A DNA stretch of 64,000 nucleotides. Origin: Balanoglossus misakiensis. Lineage: Eukaryota; Animalia; Hemichordata. Both the position numbers and the translations under genes were made by a program. The notes beneath the pieces are model-generated. The model worked only from the letters and a program-made list of their open reading frames with translations. It was not told where the DNA came from and made no database searches. Positions 25,101 to 39,052 of this stretch are shown here, in pieces (positions within the stretch are counted from its first letter, which is position 1; each line of letters begins with the position of its first letter). The DNA lies in contig CM082580.2 in assembly GCA_040954595.2 (NCBI GenBank), positions 186,001 through 250,000 on the forward strand, given 5' to 3'.

Positions 25101-28100
25101 ATTTTGCAAAGTCGAAAATTTGTCATTTTTAGATGATTTTCACCCGTCTTTTTTCAAAAAATCGACGAAATTTTGAGATTTTGCAAAGAGGAAAATTTGT
25201 CAATTTTTGATAATTTTCAACAATGATTTATTTCAAAAATCGACGAAATTTTGAGATTTTGCAGTCGAAAATTTGTCATTTTTTGATCATTTTCCCCCAT
25301 GATTTTTTTCAAAAATCGACGAAAATTTGAGATTTTGCAAAGTCGAAAATTTGTCATTTTTTGATGATTTTCACCCATGATTTTTCTCAAAAATCGACGA
25401 AATTTTCAGATTTTGCAAAGTCGAAAATTTGTCATTTTTTGATGATTTTCACCCATGATTTTTTTCAAAATTGACGAAATTTTGAGATTTTGCAGTCGAA
25501 AATTTGTCATTTTTTGATCATTTTCCCCCATGATTTTTTTCAAAAATCGACGAAATTTTCAGATTTTGCAAAGTCGAAAATTTGTCATTTTTTCATGATT
25601 TTCACCCATGATTTTTTCAAAAATCGACGAAATTTTGAGATTTTGCAGTCGAAAATTTGTAATTTTTTGATGATTTTCCCCCATGATTTTTTTCAAAAAT
25701 CGACGAAATTTTGAGATTTTGCAATGTCGAAAATTTGTCATTTTTTGATGATTTTCACCCCATGATTTTTGTTCAAAAATCGACGAAATTTTGAGATTTT
25801 GCAAAGTCGAAAATTTGTCATTTTTTGATTATTTTCACCCATGATTTTTTTCAAAAATCGACGAAATTTTGAGATTTTGCGAAGTCGAAAATTTGTCATT
25901 TTTTGATGATTTTCACCCATGATTTTTTTCTAAAATCGACGAAATGTTGAGATTTTGCAAAGTCGAAATTTTGTAATTTTTTGATGATTTTCAACCATGA
26001 TTTTTTTTCAAAAATCGACGAAATGTTGAGATTTTGCAAAGATGAAAATTTGTCATTTTTGATGATTTTTACCCATAATTTTTTTTCAGAAATGGACGAA
26101 ATTTTGAGATTTTGCAAAGTCGAAAATGTGTCATTTTTTGATGATTTTCACCCATGATTTTTTTCAAAAATCGACGAAATTTTGAGATTTTGCAAAGTCG
26201 AAAATGTGTCATTTTTTGATGATTTTCACCCATATGTTTTTTTTAAAAATCGACGAACCTATAATTTTTTTCAAAATCGACGAAATTTTGTGATTTTGCA
26301 AAGTCGAGAATTTTGTCATTTTTTGATGATTTTCAACCATGATTTTTTTTCAAAAATCGACGAAATTTTGAGATTTTGCAAAGTCGAAAATTTTGTCATT
26401 TTTTGATGATTTTCAACCATGATTTTTTTTCAAAAATCGACGAAAATTTGAGATTTTGCAAAGTCGAAATTGTGTCATTTTTTGATGATTTTCACCCGTT
26501 TTTTTTTCAAAATTTGTCATTTTTTCATGATTTTCACCCATGATTTTTTTCAAAAATCGACGAAATTTTGAGATTTTGCAAAGTCGAAAATGTGTCATTT
26601 TTTGATGATTTTCACCCATGTTTTTTTTTTAAAAATCGACGAACCTATGATTTTTTTCAAAATCGACGAAATTTTGTGATTTTGCAAAGTCGAAAATTTT
26701 GTCATTTTTTGATGATTTTCAACCCTGATTTTTTTTCAAAAATCGACGAAATTTTGAGATTTTGCAAAGTCGAAAATTTTGTCATTTTTTGATGATTTTC
26801 AACCATGATTTTTTTTCAAAAATCGACGAAAATTTGAGATTTTGCAAAGTCGAAAATGTGTCATTTTTTGATGATTTTCACCCGTTTTTTTTTCAAAATT
26901 TGTCATTTTTTCATGATTTTCACCCATGATTTTTTTCAAAAATCGACGAAATTTTGAGATTTTGCAAAGTCGAAAATGTGTCATTTTTTGATGATTTTCA
27001 CCCATGTTTTTTTTTTAAAAATCGACGAACCTATGATTTTTTTCAAAATCGACGAAATTTTGTGATTTTGCAAAGTCGAAAATTTTGTCATTTTTTGATG
27101 ATTTTCAACCCTGATTTTTTTTCAAAAATCGACGAAATTTTGAGATTTTGCAAAATCGAAAATTTGTCATTTTTTGATGATTTTCCCCCAATGGTTTTTT
27201 TCAAAATCGACGAAATTTTGAGATTTTGCAAAGTCGAAAATTTGTCATTTTTTGATGATTTTCCCCCATGATTTTTTTTCAAAAATGGACGAAATTTTGA
27301 GATTTTGCAAAGACGAAAATTTGTCATTTTTTGATGATTTTCACCCATGATTTTTTTTCAAAAATCGACGAAATTTTGAGATTTTGCAAAGTCGAAAATG
27401 TGTCATTTTTTGATGATTTTCACCCATGATTTTCTTCAAAAATCGACGAAATTTTGAGATTTTGCAAAGTCGAAAATTTGTCATTTTTTGATGATTTTCA
27501 CCCCTAATTTTTTTCAAAAATCGACGAAATTTTGAGATTTTGCAAAGTCGAAAATTTGTCATTTTTTCATGATTTTCACCCATGATTTTTTCAAAAATCG
27601 ATGAAATTTTCAGATTTTGCAAAGTCGAAAATTTGTCATTTTTTGATGATTTTCACCCATGATTTTTTTCAAAATTGACGAAATTTTGAGATTGTGCAAA
27701 GTCAAAAATTTGTCATTTTTTGATGATTTTCACCCATGATTTTTTTTCACAAATCGAAGAAATTTTGAGATTTTGTAGTCGTAAATTTGTCATTTTTGAT
27801 GATTTTCCCCCATGATTTTTTTCAAAAATCAACGAAATTTTGAGATTTTGCAAAGTCGAAAATTTGTCATTTTTAGATGATTTTCACCCGTCTTTTTTCA
27901 AAAAATCGACGAAATTTTGAGATTTTGCAAAGAGGAAAATTTGTCAATTTTTGATAATTTTCAACAATGATTTATTTCAAAAATCGACGAAATTTTGAGA
28001 TTTTGCAGTCGAAAATTTGTCATTTTTTGATGATTTTCCCCCATGATTTTTTTCAAAAATCGACGAAATTTTGAGATTTTGCAAAGTTGAAAATTTATCA

Positions 28101-30715
28101 AAAATCGACGAAATTTATAGATTTTGCAAAGAGGAAAATTTGTCATTTTTTGATGATTTTCACCCATGATTTTTTTCAAAAATCGACGAAAATTTGAGAT
28201 TTTGCAAAGTCGAAAATTTGTCATTTTTTGATGATTTTCACCCATGATTTTTCTCAAAAATCGACGAAATTTTCAGATTTTGCAAAGTCGAAAATTTGTA
28301 ATTTTTTGATGATTTTCACCCATGATTTTTTTCAAAATTGACGAAATTTTGAGATTTTGCAAAGTCAAAAATTTGTAATTTTTTGATGATTTTCAACAAT
28401 TTTTTTAAAAAATCGACGAAAATTTGAGATTTTTCAGTCAAAAATTTGTCATTTTTTGATGATTTTCCCCCATGATTTTTTTCAAAAATCGACGAAATTT
28501 TGAGATTTTGCAAAGTTGAAAATTTTTCAAAAATCGACGAAATTTATAGATTTTGCAAAGAGGAAAATTTGTCATTTTTTGATGATTTTCACCCATGATT
28601 TTTTTCAAAATTGACGAAATTTTGAGTTTTTGAAGTCGAAAATTTGTCATTTTTTGATGATTTTCACCCGTTTTTTTTTCAAAAATCGACGAAATTTTGA
28701 GATTTTGCAGTCGAAAATTTGTCATTTTTTGATGATTTTCACCCATGATTTTTTTCAAAAATCGACGAAATGTTGAGATTTTGCAAAGTCGAAAAATTGT
28801 CATTTTTTGATGATTTTCACCCATGATTTTTTTCAAAAATCGACGAAATGTTGAGATTTTGCAAAGTCGAAAATTTTGTCATTTTTTGATGATTTTCAAC
28901 CATGATTTTTTTTCAAAAATCGACGAAAATTTGAGATTTTGCAAAGATGAAAATTTGTCATTTTTGATGATTTTTACCCATAATTTTTTTTCAGAAATGG
29001 ACGAAATTTTGAGATTTTGCAAAGTCGAAAATGTGTCATTTTTTGATGATTTTCACCCGTTTTTTTTTTAAAATTTGTCATTTTTTCATGATTTTCACCC
29101 ATGATTTTTTTCAAAAATCGACGAAATTTTGAGATTTTGCAAAGTCGAAAATTTGTCATTTTTTGATGATTTTCACCCATGATTTTTTTCAAAAATCGAC
29201 GAAATTTTGAGATTTTGCAAAGTCGAAAATGTGTCATTTTTTGATGATTTTCACCCATGTTTTTTTTTTAAAAATCGACGAACCTATGATTTTTTTCAAA
29301 ATCGACGAAATTTTGTGATTTTGCAAAGTCGAAAATTTTGTCATTTTTTGATGATTTTCAACCATGATTTTTTTTCAAAAATCGACGAAATTTTGAGATT
29401 TTGCAAAGTCGAAAATTTTGTCATTTTTTGATGATTTTCAACCATGATTTTTTTTCAAAAATCGACGAAAATTTGAGATTTTGCAAAGTCGAAAATGTGT
29501 CATTTTTTGATGATTTTCACCCGTTTTTTTTTTCAAAATTTGTCATTTTTTCATGATTTTCACCCATGATTTTTTTCAAAAATCGACGAAATTTTGAGAT
29601 TTTGCAAAGTCGAAAATTTGTCATTTTTTGATGATTTTCACCCATGATTTTTTTTAAAAATCGACGAAATTTTGAGATTTTGCAAAGACGAAAATTTGTC
29701 ATTTTTTGATGATTTTCACCCATGATTTTTTTCAAAAATCGACGAAATTTTGAGATTTTGCAAAGTCGAAAATGTGTCATTTTTTGATGATTTTCACCCG
29801 TTTTTTTTCAAAATTTGTCATTTTTTGATGATTTTCACCCATGATTTTTTTTCAAAAATCGACGAAATTTTGAGATTTTGCAAAGTCGAAAATTTGTCAT
29901 TTTTTGATGATTTTCACCCATGATTTTCTTCAAAAATCGACGAAATTTTGAGATTTTGCAAAGTCGAAAATTTGTCATTTTTTGATTATTTTCACCCATG
30001 ATTTTTTTCAAAAATCGACGAAATTTTGAGATTTTGCGAAGTCGAAAATTTGTCATTTTTTGATGATTTTCACCCATGATTTTTTTCTAAAATCGACGAA
30101 ATGTTGAGATTTTGCAAAGTCGAAAATTTGTCATTTTTTGATGATTTTCACCCATGATTTTTTTCAAAAATCGACGAAATGTTGAGATTTTGCAAAGTCG
30201 AAAATTTTGTCATTTTTTGATGATTTTCAACCATGATTTTTTTTCAAAAATCGACGAAAATTTGAGATTTTGCAAAGATGAAAATTTGTCATTTTTGATG
30301 ATTTTTACCCATAATTTTTTTTCAGAAATGGACGAAATTTTGAGATTTTGCAAAGTCGAAAATGTGTCATTTTTTGATGATTTTCACCCGTTTTTTTTTC
30401 AAAATTTGTCATTTTTTCATGATTTTCACCCATGATTTTTTTCAAAAATCGACGAAATTTTGAGATTTTGCAAAGTCGAAAATTTGTCATTTTTTGATGA
30501 TTTTCACCCATGATTTTCTTCAAAAATCGACGAAATTTTGAGATTTTGCAAAGTCGAAAATTTGTCATTTTTTGATTATTTTCACCCATGATTTTTTTCA
30601 AAAATCGACGAAATTTTGAGATTTTGCGAAGTCGAAAATTTGTCATTTTTTGATGATTTTCACCCATGATTTTTTTTCAAAAATCGACGAAATTTTGAGA
30701 TTTTGCAAAGTCGAA
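19182..30715. repeat. Satellite array, 78-bp monomer, roughly 150 copies, with higher-order repeats
   Basis: Consensus ccatgatttttttcaaaaatcgacgaaattttgagattttgcaaagtcgaaaatttgtcattttttgatgattttcac; 26-aa period in the ORF track. Confidence 0.97.
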
Positions 30716-33074
30716 AACAAGCATCGTCCGATTCGAATTCGACTCGTCATCGGTAGCTTTGTTTATTTCGCCCTTGGAGACCTCCCCTGGCCTCGTTAGG
30801 ATGACTGTTACCAGGACTACCTTAAACCAATCTTTTCGAACCGGACGGTACACACGTCATGTCTTTGTTAATTGTCCAGGTACCAGAGTGTACGTGTGGG
30901 CTCCCTAAACCACTCATTGGCGGCCGGTCCCTGTCCGAATAAACACGTTTGACAGACAAAAAATGATGAACAAGTGGCTTATTTCAATACTTCGTTAACT
31001 AGACGGCTGAACTCTGAATGTTGATTCAGCAAAAAAAATGTGTTTACGGCAAGGTTTCGATCAATACGACACATTTACCATTGAAAACGCCCAAAGTAAG
31101 TGGGGGCGTTTGACCATCAATCAAAACCACGCCCAGGTGCATGTGAACGGCCGAAGCAGTGTAACGTTTCACATTCCGTGCAACGTCCGACACTGTGTGA
31201 AAGCGGTTGCTGTCGGGTGGCTTGACCTAATTTTCGTACATTGATATGCATTTGACACCTCACTACCTGTTTTCTCAATATTGCTAAAACTTTGCGTTGA
31301 AATATCACTGAAATGTTGATGATCCACGCACAAGTCGTCTACCCCGGCATGAAAAGCGTCTTATACAAGAAAACTAATTGCACATGACCACCAAGGTCAT
31401 ACCGCAAGGTGTGTCTAAATGTCAAGGAAGGACACTTGGGTCAAGAACGACCATGACGGAGGAAAAACCGACAAGTCATTGTGTAACCTGTTTACTTGCC
31501 AATAGTCAAACGTCAAAATTTACTCTCAACTTGGTTGCAGATCGAGTCTCCCGAATTTCCAACTTTTATGATTGGGTAAATACCGATATGCGACTGGTAT
31601 GCGACGCGTTGACGACGCGAAGATTTTGTTGAAATCAAATGGTTTGTCAAATGTCATCTCACACTGGAGATACCGTGGTCATCTGACATGAAAGGGTTCG
31701 ATTGGGTCTGACCGCCGTCGTTCATCCATGCTTAGAAAGCGGCGATCATGGTACAAAGTAAAACCAAGGTCAAACCTTACTGAACACATGTATTGCATGG
31801 GGAAACTTTTCTCCCTGTCTGTGTACTGAACACGTACCGTGATTGCCATAGTTACAAACGTTACCACGTGAGAGAGATTGCATTTTACATCTGTCTTTTC
31901 AATGTTGTTGCTTTCTTACTATTCGGAATGATGGAGTCGAAACGAAAACTTTTTGCTTCAGGTGGACCTAGGGGAAATACCTTATTTGTGACTTTTTTCA
32001 TGACCCTAAAAAGACGTCGGAATTAATGTGGCTGAGGTCACTCAGGACGACGGAATGGTTGAGCGATTTTATTTTATGAGCTCCCACTAGTATTTGTTTT
32101 ATTGTTTCGGCAGTGTGCCGCGTTATTCGAGCAATCTGCAATCTGAAAACGAACGGTTTTCAAAGTTTATAACAGAAGAACAGGGGTTTAAGCATGAAAG
32201 GTCCTTTTGTCTCCCTCGCTGTGTTTGTGTCACTGTGTCTTTGACGTCTGACTGACTGATTAACTGGCTGACTGACTTACTGACTGTCTGTCAACGTCTG
32301 TCTGTCTGACTGTCTGCCCCCTCTCTCTGAGAGAGAGAGTGAGCGAGCGAGCGAGCGACCGGTGAGTGTCTCTACTGATGAATGTTGCTCTGTCTGTCTG
32401 CTTGTGTCTGTCTGCCACTCTGCCTGTTTCACTCTGTCTCTCCTAATTTCTTTAAAATTAGGGATATGCTATTAATGCGATATGAAAGTCAGACACGACG
32501 GAAACCTTTTATTCTCAAAACTGTCTGTTGTTTGCTGTTAAATATTGCAAAAGGTTAAGGGCCCTTTTCGCACGAGACACATGGCTTTGCAGCCGTAGCT
32601 CCCAATGTCATAACGATTACCCGAACTACCCTAATTTTAGCCCGCCGACCCAAAACAGTTTAGATCTTCGCAAACCGGAAGTAAAAATAGCGATGTCAAA
32701 TATAAAACAATTCATGAAAATTGCGAGAATCACGCAAGAACTATGATGTCATTCTTCTACACTACGACGGCCAAAGATATAAAAAAAATTGAAAAATAAA
32801 AAAATGTCCCTTTCTACCTACAATATTTTTGAAAACCATGTAATCGGAATAGCACATATTAGTTTTTTTGGCCTGAGACATATCCAATTTCCCAACTGAA
32901 CATGACACGTGATCAAGCATTTTCGACTTATCAGATGCAATCGCTGAACACCTCACACTGAGCGAGGTTTTGTCTGTCTTTATACGCGCCCTTTGTATTT
33001 GTGCGTGACATGTCCAAGCCTTGTTAGGAACTCCCGTAAAATTCTACTCAAATGATGTATACTTTCATACTTAC

Positions 33075-33156
33075 GACTGACAGGTATTTTCAGCGTTGCC
33101 AGCTGATTGTTTGTCAGGTACCGCTTTATAACAAGACGCCCCTCTGAGTTGATAAC
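33075..33156 (-). pseudogene. Duplicated orphan copy of the C-type lectin start exon
   Basis: Matches 12289-12370 with intact splice sites; the upstream 58-nt exon is deleted in this copy. Confidence 0.8.
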
Positions 33157-33219
33157 CTGCAATGTAACATCATTTCATTGGTCTAGTCATGTTAGCATTA
33201 GTAAAATGCTTCAAAAGTG

Positions 33220-33518
33220 TTAAAGGGACATGATACAAGACACCGTTTATGTTAGTGAATGAACGTTCAACCACACACAACTTCCATCCGGCTTGTATGA
33301 TACGAGAGTAAAAACTCGCCCGAAATGAATAAATGGTAGAGACCGTTTATTCATTTTGGCTACTTTTTAAAACTCTCGTGTCTATACAAGCGGGGTGGAA
33401 GGTGTGTATGGTTGAACGTTGATTCACTATATCCACATGTAGAATAATATAAACGCAGTCTTGTATCAAACATAATTAATGGAAAAAGGGCAGCGAGAGA
33501 GAGACTTTGTCCCTTTAA
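33220..33518. mobile_element. MITE family K1 copy (duplicate of 12434-12732)
   Basis: TTAA|agggaca ... tgtccct|TTAA. Confidence 0.85.
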
Positions 33519-34155
33519 TGAATACAGCCACAATGTTCTGTTTATATCTACTGACGGACCAGGCATGGATTGTCACGTATAATTCTTTGAAACGTTTGGT
33601 CCTCTGAAGAAATCTGAGCACTCATCTACTCAGTTTGCTTATTTTGTCTTCCTCCACCAGTCAGTGGTATCGTCCGATTTGATACTCCACTCTAAGCCTC
33701 TTTCTGAATGGCTCTTTAAGTTGTGATCTGTAAGTCTTAAACCTTTCATCACCCCCCCCCCCCCCCCCGTTTACTCTTTAGAGGTCGTCAACTGGTAAAC
33801 TGTGCGCCTGTGTCTCTTCCCATAGGAGTACATGGAGAATAGTTAGAAAACTCACTTCTACTATTGTCATTTTCATGAAATTTTACACATAGCTCCGACA
33901 AATCAAAATAAATTCATCACGCTCTATTTTGAGATAAACTTTGTTCAATATTGTATCCATAGACAAACCATTGGTAGAAAATGCTGACCGTTAGCAGTTT
34001 TCTTCAATTGTCGACTAAATTCACGGCCTTGTTTAAAGTCGAAAACAAGTGCAGTGACCCAAAATGGATTTTCATTATACATACAAATCAGAAACGAAAA
34101 TTCACGATTAAAAGAAATGACAATGCTTTCAATTTTACTGATCGTACATCCTTAA

Positions 34156-34479
34156 CTCGCTGCCCTTTTCCATGTTTGATACAAAACACCGTTTATATTA
34201 ATGTAAATGTGGATATATAGTGATGCAACGTTCAACCGCACACACCTTCTATCCCGCATGTAGACACGAGAGCGAAAACTCGCAAAACTGAAAAATCGGT
34301 CTCTACCATTAATTCATTTTGGGCGAGTTTTTACTCTCATATCATACAAGCAGGATGGAAGTTGTGTGTGGTTGAACGTTCATTCACTACATATACACAT
34401 GCCCATTAATATAAACGGTGTCTTGTATCAAACATAATTAATAGAAAAGGGCGACGAGAGAGAGAGTTTGTCCCTTTAA
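34156..34479. mobile_element. MITE family K1 copy (duplicate of 13524-13824)
   Basis: ctcgctgcccttttcc ... tttgtccct|TTAA. Confidence 0.75.
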
Positions 34480-35809
34480 GGCGACATGATGCATGAAGTG
34501 GCGAGAGATAAACGCGGCTGACCACCGCATTAAACACTGTCAAGCAAGGCACTTCAAATGCCAATTGTTTAAGTGTGTACTAAGTAATAGGTTCATGTAC
34601 CATGGGGGGGGGGGGGGTCAAATCACAACAGTTGGACATGTACGAATATGAAGAGACGATATCAGTTTGTTCATGTCTTCCTTTAGTAAAAAATCTTTTT
34701 TGAACTTTGTATAGAATTCATTGAACTTTACTTTAGCTTATGAACTCTCATTTGCACATCGTCATCTTGAAATTGTGTCGACTTTATCATAAGGTTTTTA
34801 TCACTCAACTAGGTCGCAAAACCTATTTAAGTTAGTGAGAATAGGACGTTCACCTTTTGGGTTGATGGCTACAGCCGTTAATCCTGACTCATACACATGT
34901 TGCAGCCAGTATACTCTGCAGACATTGGACACAATAGTTTTACGAACCATTAAATTTTATTGGACCATCAAGTTTATTGACCCATGACGTTCATATAGAT
35001 TTTATGACACGACTGACGCTATAATCGGTCCTTACCTTTGGCGAGCCAAGTGTTTTATAACATCATAAGATATTAATACCTATCACCCAGTCAAACGATT
35101 TCAAGTTATAAAATTTCCACGCCAATAGGACGCCTTTAGGTGGAAATGCAACCAGGTATCCTAAATAGGAAAATATTCCGGGTATCTGTCAAGTTTAGTC
35201 CCATATTTAGGGGACCAAGAGCCCTCAGGCGCTTGGTCCCCTTCTGTTATTGCTGGAGTTTGTCTTCTTTCTTCTTGAGTCGTTTTTTTGCGCCCGTTTT
35301 TCTCTGAAATTCCGGCAGGTGCGCCTCCAAATTTGGCACGGTGGTTGGGGCCCATGAGTACTGGTGCACCTGCCCTTTGAATTTGTAATTAGTCACGTGA
35401 CTTTGTGGCTATAATCGAGCGAAATTTTCAAATTGACCTAATTTGCACGTTAATGAGGGCATGTACATTCTTTTCGCGATTTTTGTAGACCATGTGGCCA
35501 AAATCCCCTGTGCCAAATTTCAAGGTCCTAGGCCACGTCGATTTTGAGAAGAAGATTTTTGTAATATTTTTTCGCATTTTTTGGTGGGCTGAGGACGGAC
35601 ACTGGGGCATCGGACTTTGACCGTCATTACGTAATGTTGTGGAGATCTCATTAGCAGGCTACTCACTTCTGGCGGGTTGCAGTAGTCCTTGGAAAATCGG
35701 CTGAAATACGTAAACAGACCAGTGATTATTTTCCACGGAATGAATTTTGGGACAACACATTATCGGAGTTCAGGCTGTGTTAGGGCGTTTTATTGAATTA
35801 CGCTGAGTT

Positions 35810-38343
35810 TGGATTGACCACTGTGTTACCACTAAAAATTTTTATAGCAATGTTCTTTCAATTTCGAGTCTTTGCAATGTTGTTGACTCCGACCATATTC
35901 CTGTTTCAATAGAGGTTCATTTCAACACTTCTGCTGATGAATGCTTCAGCAGTAGTTCCTTCAAGCAATGTAATTTTCGAGTTGATTGGAAAAAATTGTC
36001 ACAGCAGAATATATCCGCCTACACCCGTTGTACCAAAGCCAAGGTTGATAAGATTAATATATCCGAAGAGTTATTCTGCACTAATGTGAACTGTACATAC
36101 CCTTCGCATTTACAGGCAATTGATACTTGTTATAGTAGTGTTGTGGACGCATTGAATTGTGCTGCAAAAGATACCATTAGGCGTAAGTTTCACCAGAAAG
36201 TTCATGTTGTGCATGGCTGGAACGATTTTGTAAAAGAAAGTCACGACTATGCCCGTTCCATGTTTTTATTATGGGTTAATGGGGGTAAACCTTAACAAGG
36301 CCCGCTTTTTGAAACCATGAAATCTTCCAGAGCTCGTTTTAAGTATGCTTTACGTGCTTGTAAAAAGATTGAGAATCAAAATAGGGCTGACAAGATGGCT
36401 GACAATTTACGCTGCCACAAACAGAACGACTTCTGGAAGGAAGTCAGAAAGCAAACTAGCAGAAAAATGCCGCTTTCTGACACTGTAGGTGGAGCGACTG
36501 GTGAGAGTGAAATTGCAATTATGTGGCACAAGCATTTCAGTGATATTTTGAATTCTGTCCAGGCTCAGACTGGTAAAAATGACATCGAGGAGAAAATGAA
36601 GTATGTTAAATTTTCTTCTGATATGTATGTTTCTGAAGAAGAAGTAATTTCTGCTATACATAAGTTACCTGACGATAAGACAGCTGGCATTGACAATATT
36701 TCAGCTGAGCACCTCAAATTCTCAGACTCCTCTATTTTACCCATTTTGACTTGATTGTTCATGGTTACCTGCAAACTGAGGCTATCAAAGTTATTTTAGT
36801 TCCAATTAAGGATAAAACTAAGCTTTGTAGTGATGCCAGTAACTACCGGCCGATAGCACTAGCAACTGTTTTCTCTAAAGTTTTTGAGCCTATTTTACTT
36901 TCTCGTTGTGAGGAGTTTCTTACCTCTCATTATTTACAATTTGGTTTCAAGCGAGAACATTCAACTGACCTGTGTTTATTTGCATTTAAAGAAATCATTA
37001 GCTACTACACCAGCAATGGAAGACCAGTGTTTACTTGTTTTCTGGATGCTTCAAAAGCTTTTGACAGAGTTAATCACTTTAAACTGATTAACAAGCTCAT
37101 CGACAGGAATGTTCCCTTGTATGCTGTACGAATTTTATATTAAAGGTCCCATGCCATGCCCTATACAACCACGCGTAAAATCACTATTTGGGTCTTGAAG
37201 TTAACGTATGTTACTATCTTGCAATGCGTTTTGCCCCTTGTGCTTAGATAACAAGCAAGTAAAAGTGGCGGGTGGGCGTGTACCCCTAACCCAACTCAGT
37301 CGATTTTTTTTGGCTTTTCGAAGTTAAGCCGAAGACTTATCTTGATGTGGACAAATAGTCTTTCACACCTTTGTAAATCCTCTGCCTGCAATGTGAGGCA
37401 AGGGCTTCCTTTGCTTTGAACACTGTTTATATAGCTTATCTTTGTCTGTGGACTTAATTACTCATGGACCGATAATTACACTTTACTGTAAACAGAATGG
37501 TACACTACGACATAGTGTACTTGTTTGTCCATATGCAAATACCTTCGCCTGGCTCGAGTGCGAAGTGGCTCCCCGATCACAGGCATGAAAAAAGGTGGCA
37601 AATTCCGGCATTCGTGCACATTTTTCGGAACCGACACAATAGGCAATGCATAGACAGGTACCCTAGGTGAGCTTTTGACGTGGAAAAATGAAAACTTTCC
37701 AAAGCATGACATGTGACCTTTAATGGTACAGAAATCAATTGTTTACTGTGTTGTGGGGTAATGAAACCTCAGAGTTGTTTTCTGTTTCTAACGGTGTAAG
37801 ACAAGGGGGAGTACTCTCTCCCTATCTTTTTAATGTCTACATTGATGATCTTATCAATGCACTCTGTAAAGCCAAAGTTGGCTGTACCATGTGTGGTGTC
37901 AGCGCTAACACTTTAGGTTACGCTGACGACATGATTCTACTCAGTCCAAGTATTAAGGGTCTACACCGTCTTCTTAGAATTTGTGAAATTTATGGCAAGG
38001 ATTATGATATAATTTATAATTCTAGTAAAACTGTGTGCATGCTTTTTAATGGGAAGAATATGAGCGTTCAAAGAATTCCTTCGGTTAAACTTAATGACAT
38101 CACTTTAAAGTTTGTACCTGTACACACCTATCTGGGCCACGTTATATCTTGTGAGGGTTGTGATAATGAAGATATTGAACGACAGAGAAGAGCATTTTGT
38201 GTTAGAGCAAACATGCTATTGAGACATTTTCAACATTTTAGTCAAGATGTGAAGAAAGTTTTATTTTTGGCATATTGTAGTAATATTTACTGTTGCAGTT
38301 TGTGGGCATCCTTTAAAGTAAAACCGATGAAAAAATTTTAAAC
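35810..38343 (+). mobile_element. Second copy of the decayed RTE-X-like LINE; 3' end deleted
   Basis: Same RT motifs (ORFs 36317, 36751, 37739); interrupted at 37144-37719; ends at KPMKKF. Confidence 0.88.
37144..37719. mobile_element. 576-bp non-autonomous Kolobok-type element (family K3), TTAA TSD
   Basis: TTAA|aggtcccatgccatgc ... gcatgacatgtgacct|TTAA (16-bp TIR, 2 mismatches). The empty site is visible in copy A at 16518-16521. Confidence 0.9.
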
Positions 38344-39052
38344 AGTGGACTTTGACCCTAAGTCGCTAATGTTGTGGGAGGTTTCATTAGCATTGTAGTC
38401 ACATGTAGTGGATAGTAGTTTGGGAAATTGGCTGAAATACGTCAGCAGACCAGTGATTTTCTTGCACGACAGGAGTATGGTACCAGCAATAATCAGAGAT
38501 CAGGCTTCGTTGCCGTTCAAAAGTTCCTACTTCAGCCGTGATGTTGCAACTGGACGTTCAGTATGGGGGTCGGCCCGCAGGTGGCCGTGTGGGTTATCAG
38601 GTCGCCCGTAACGGCACGCAGCTACATGCAGCTGTATGGGACTAAAATAATACACCCGATTCGGGTGTCACCTGTGACACCTGCATAACTCAATAATTAT
38701 GTGCATGCGTAATTGTGGGGTCAATGAAAGGGGTGGTAGCGTGCTATTTGTTGCACATGGATCAATATGAAGTCCGATTTTCCCGTCAAGTTGTGGGCGA
38801 CCTTATGTGACCTTTCACCTACTTTTGCTTAGTGAGCATCCACAGCAGATGCATGCAGCTTTGGCTTGGGAGGGGGGGGGGGGGGCATATACGGATGGGA
38901 CCATAATGATATACCAAAGGCGGGGTCGTCTGTTGCACCTGCCTAAGTCATTGATTTTGTACATTTAATTAGACACTAACCAACAGGGCGATAGGTGTGG
39001 TTTTTGTTCCACAGGGACGAATGTAAGTGTCAGTTGGTTTTTGCCCAAATGT

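Noticed and set aside
19030-30667. Dozens of ORFs repeating MGENHQKMTNFRLCKISKFRRFLKKI
   Set aside because: By-product of a 78-bp (3n) satellite monomer. Frames break constantly at homopolymer indels, so there is no sign of coding selection.
19182-30715. CRISPR-like array, or an RT-plus-array system (retron/DGR-like), given the RT genes on both sides
   Set aside because: There are no unique spacers and no cas genes. The RTs are dead 5'-truncated LINE copies, present twice only because of the duplication and separated from the array by unrelated sequence.
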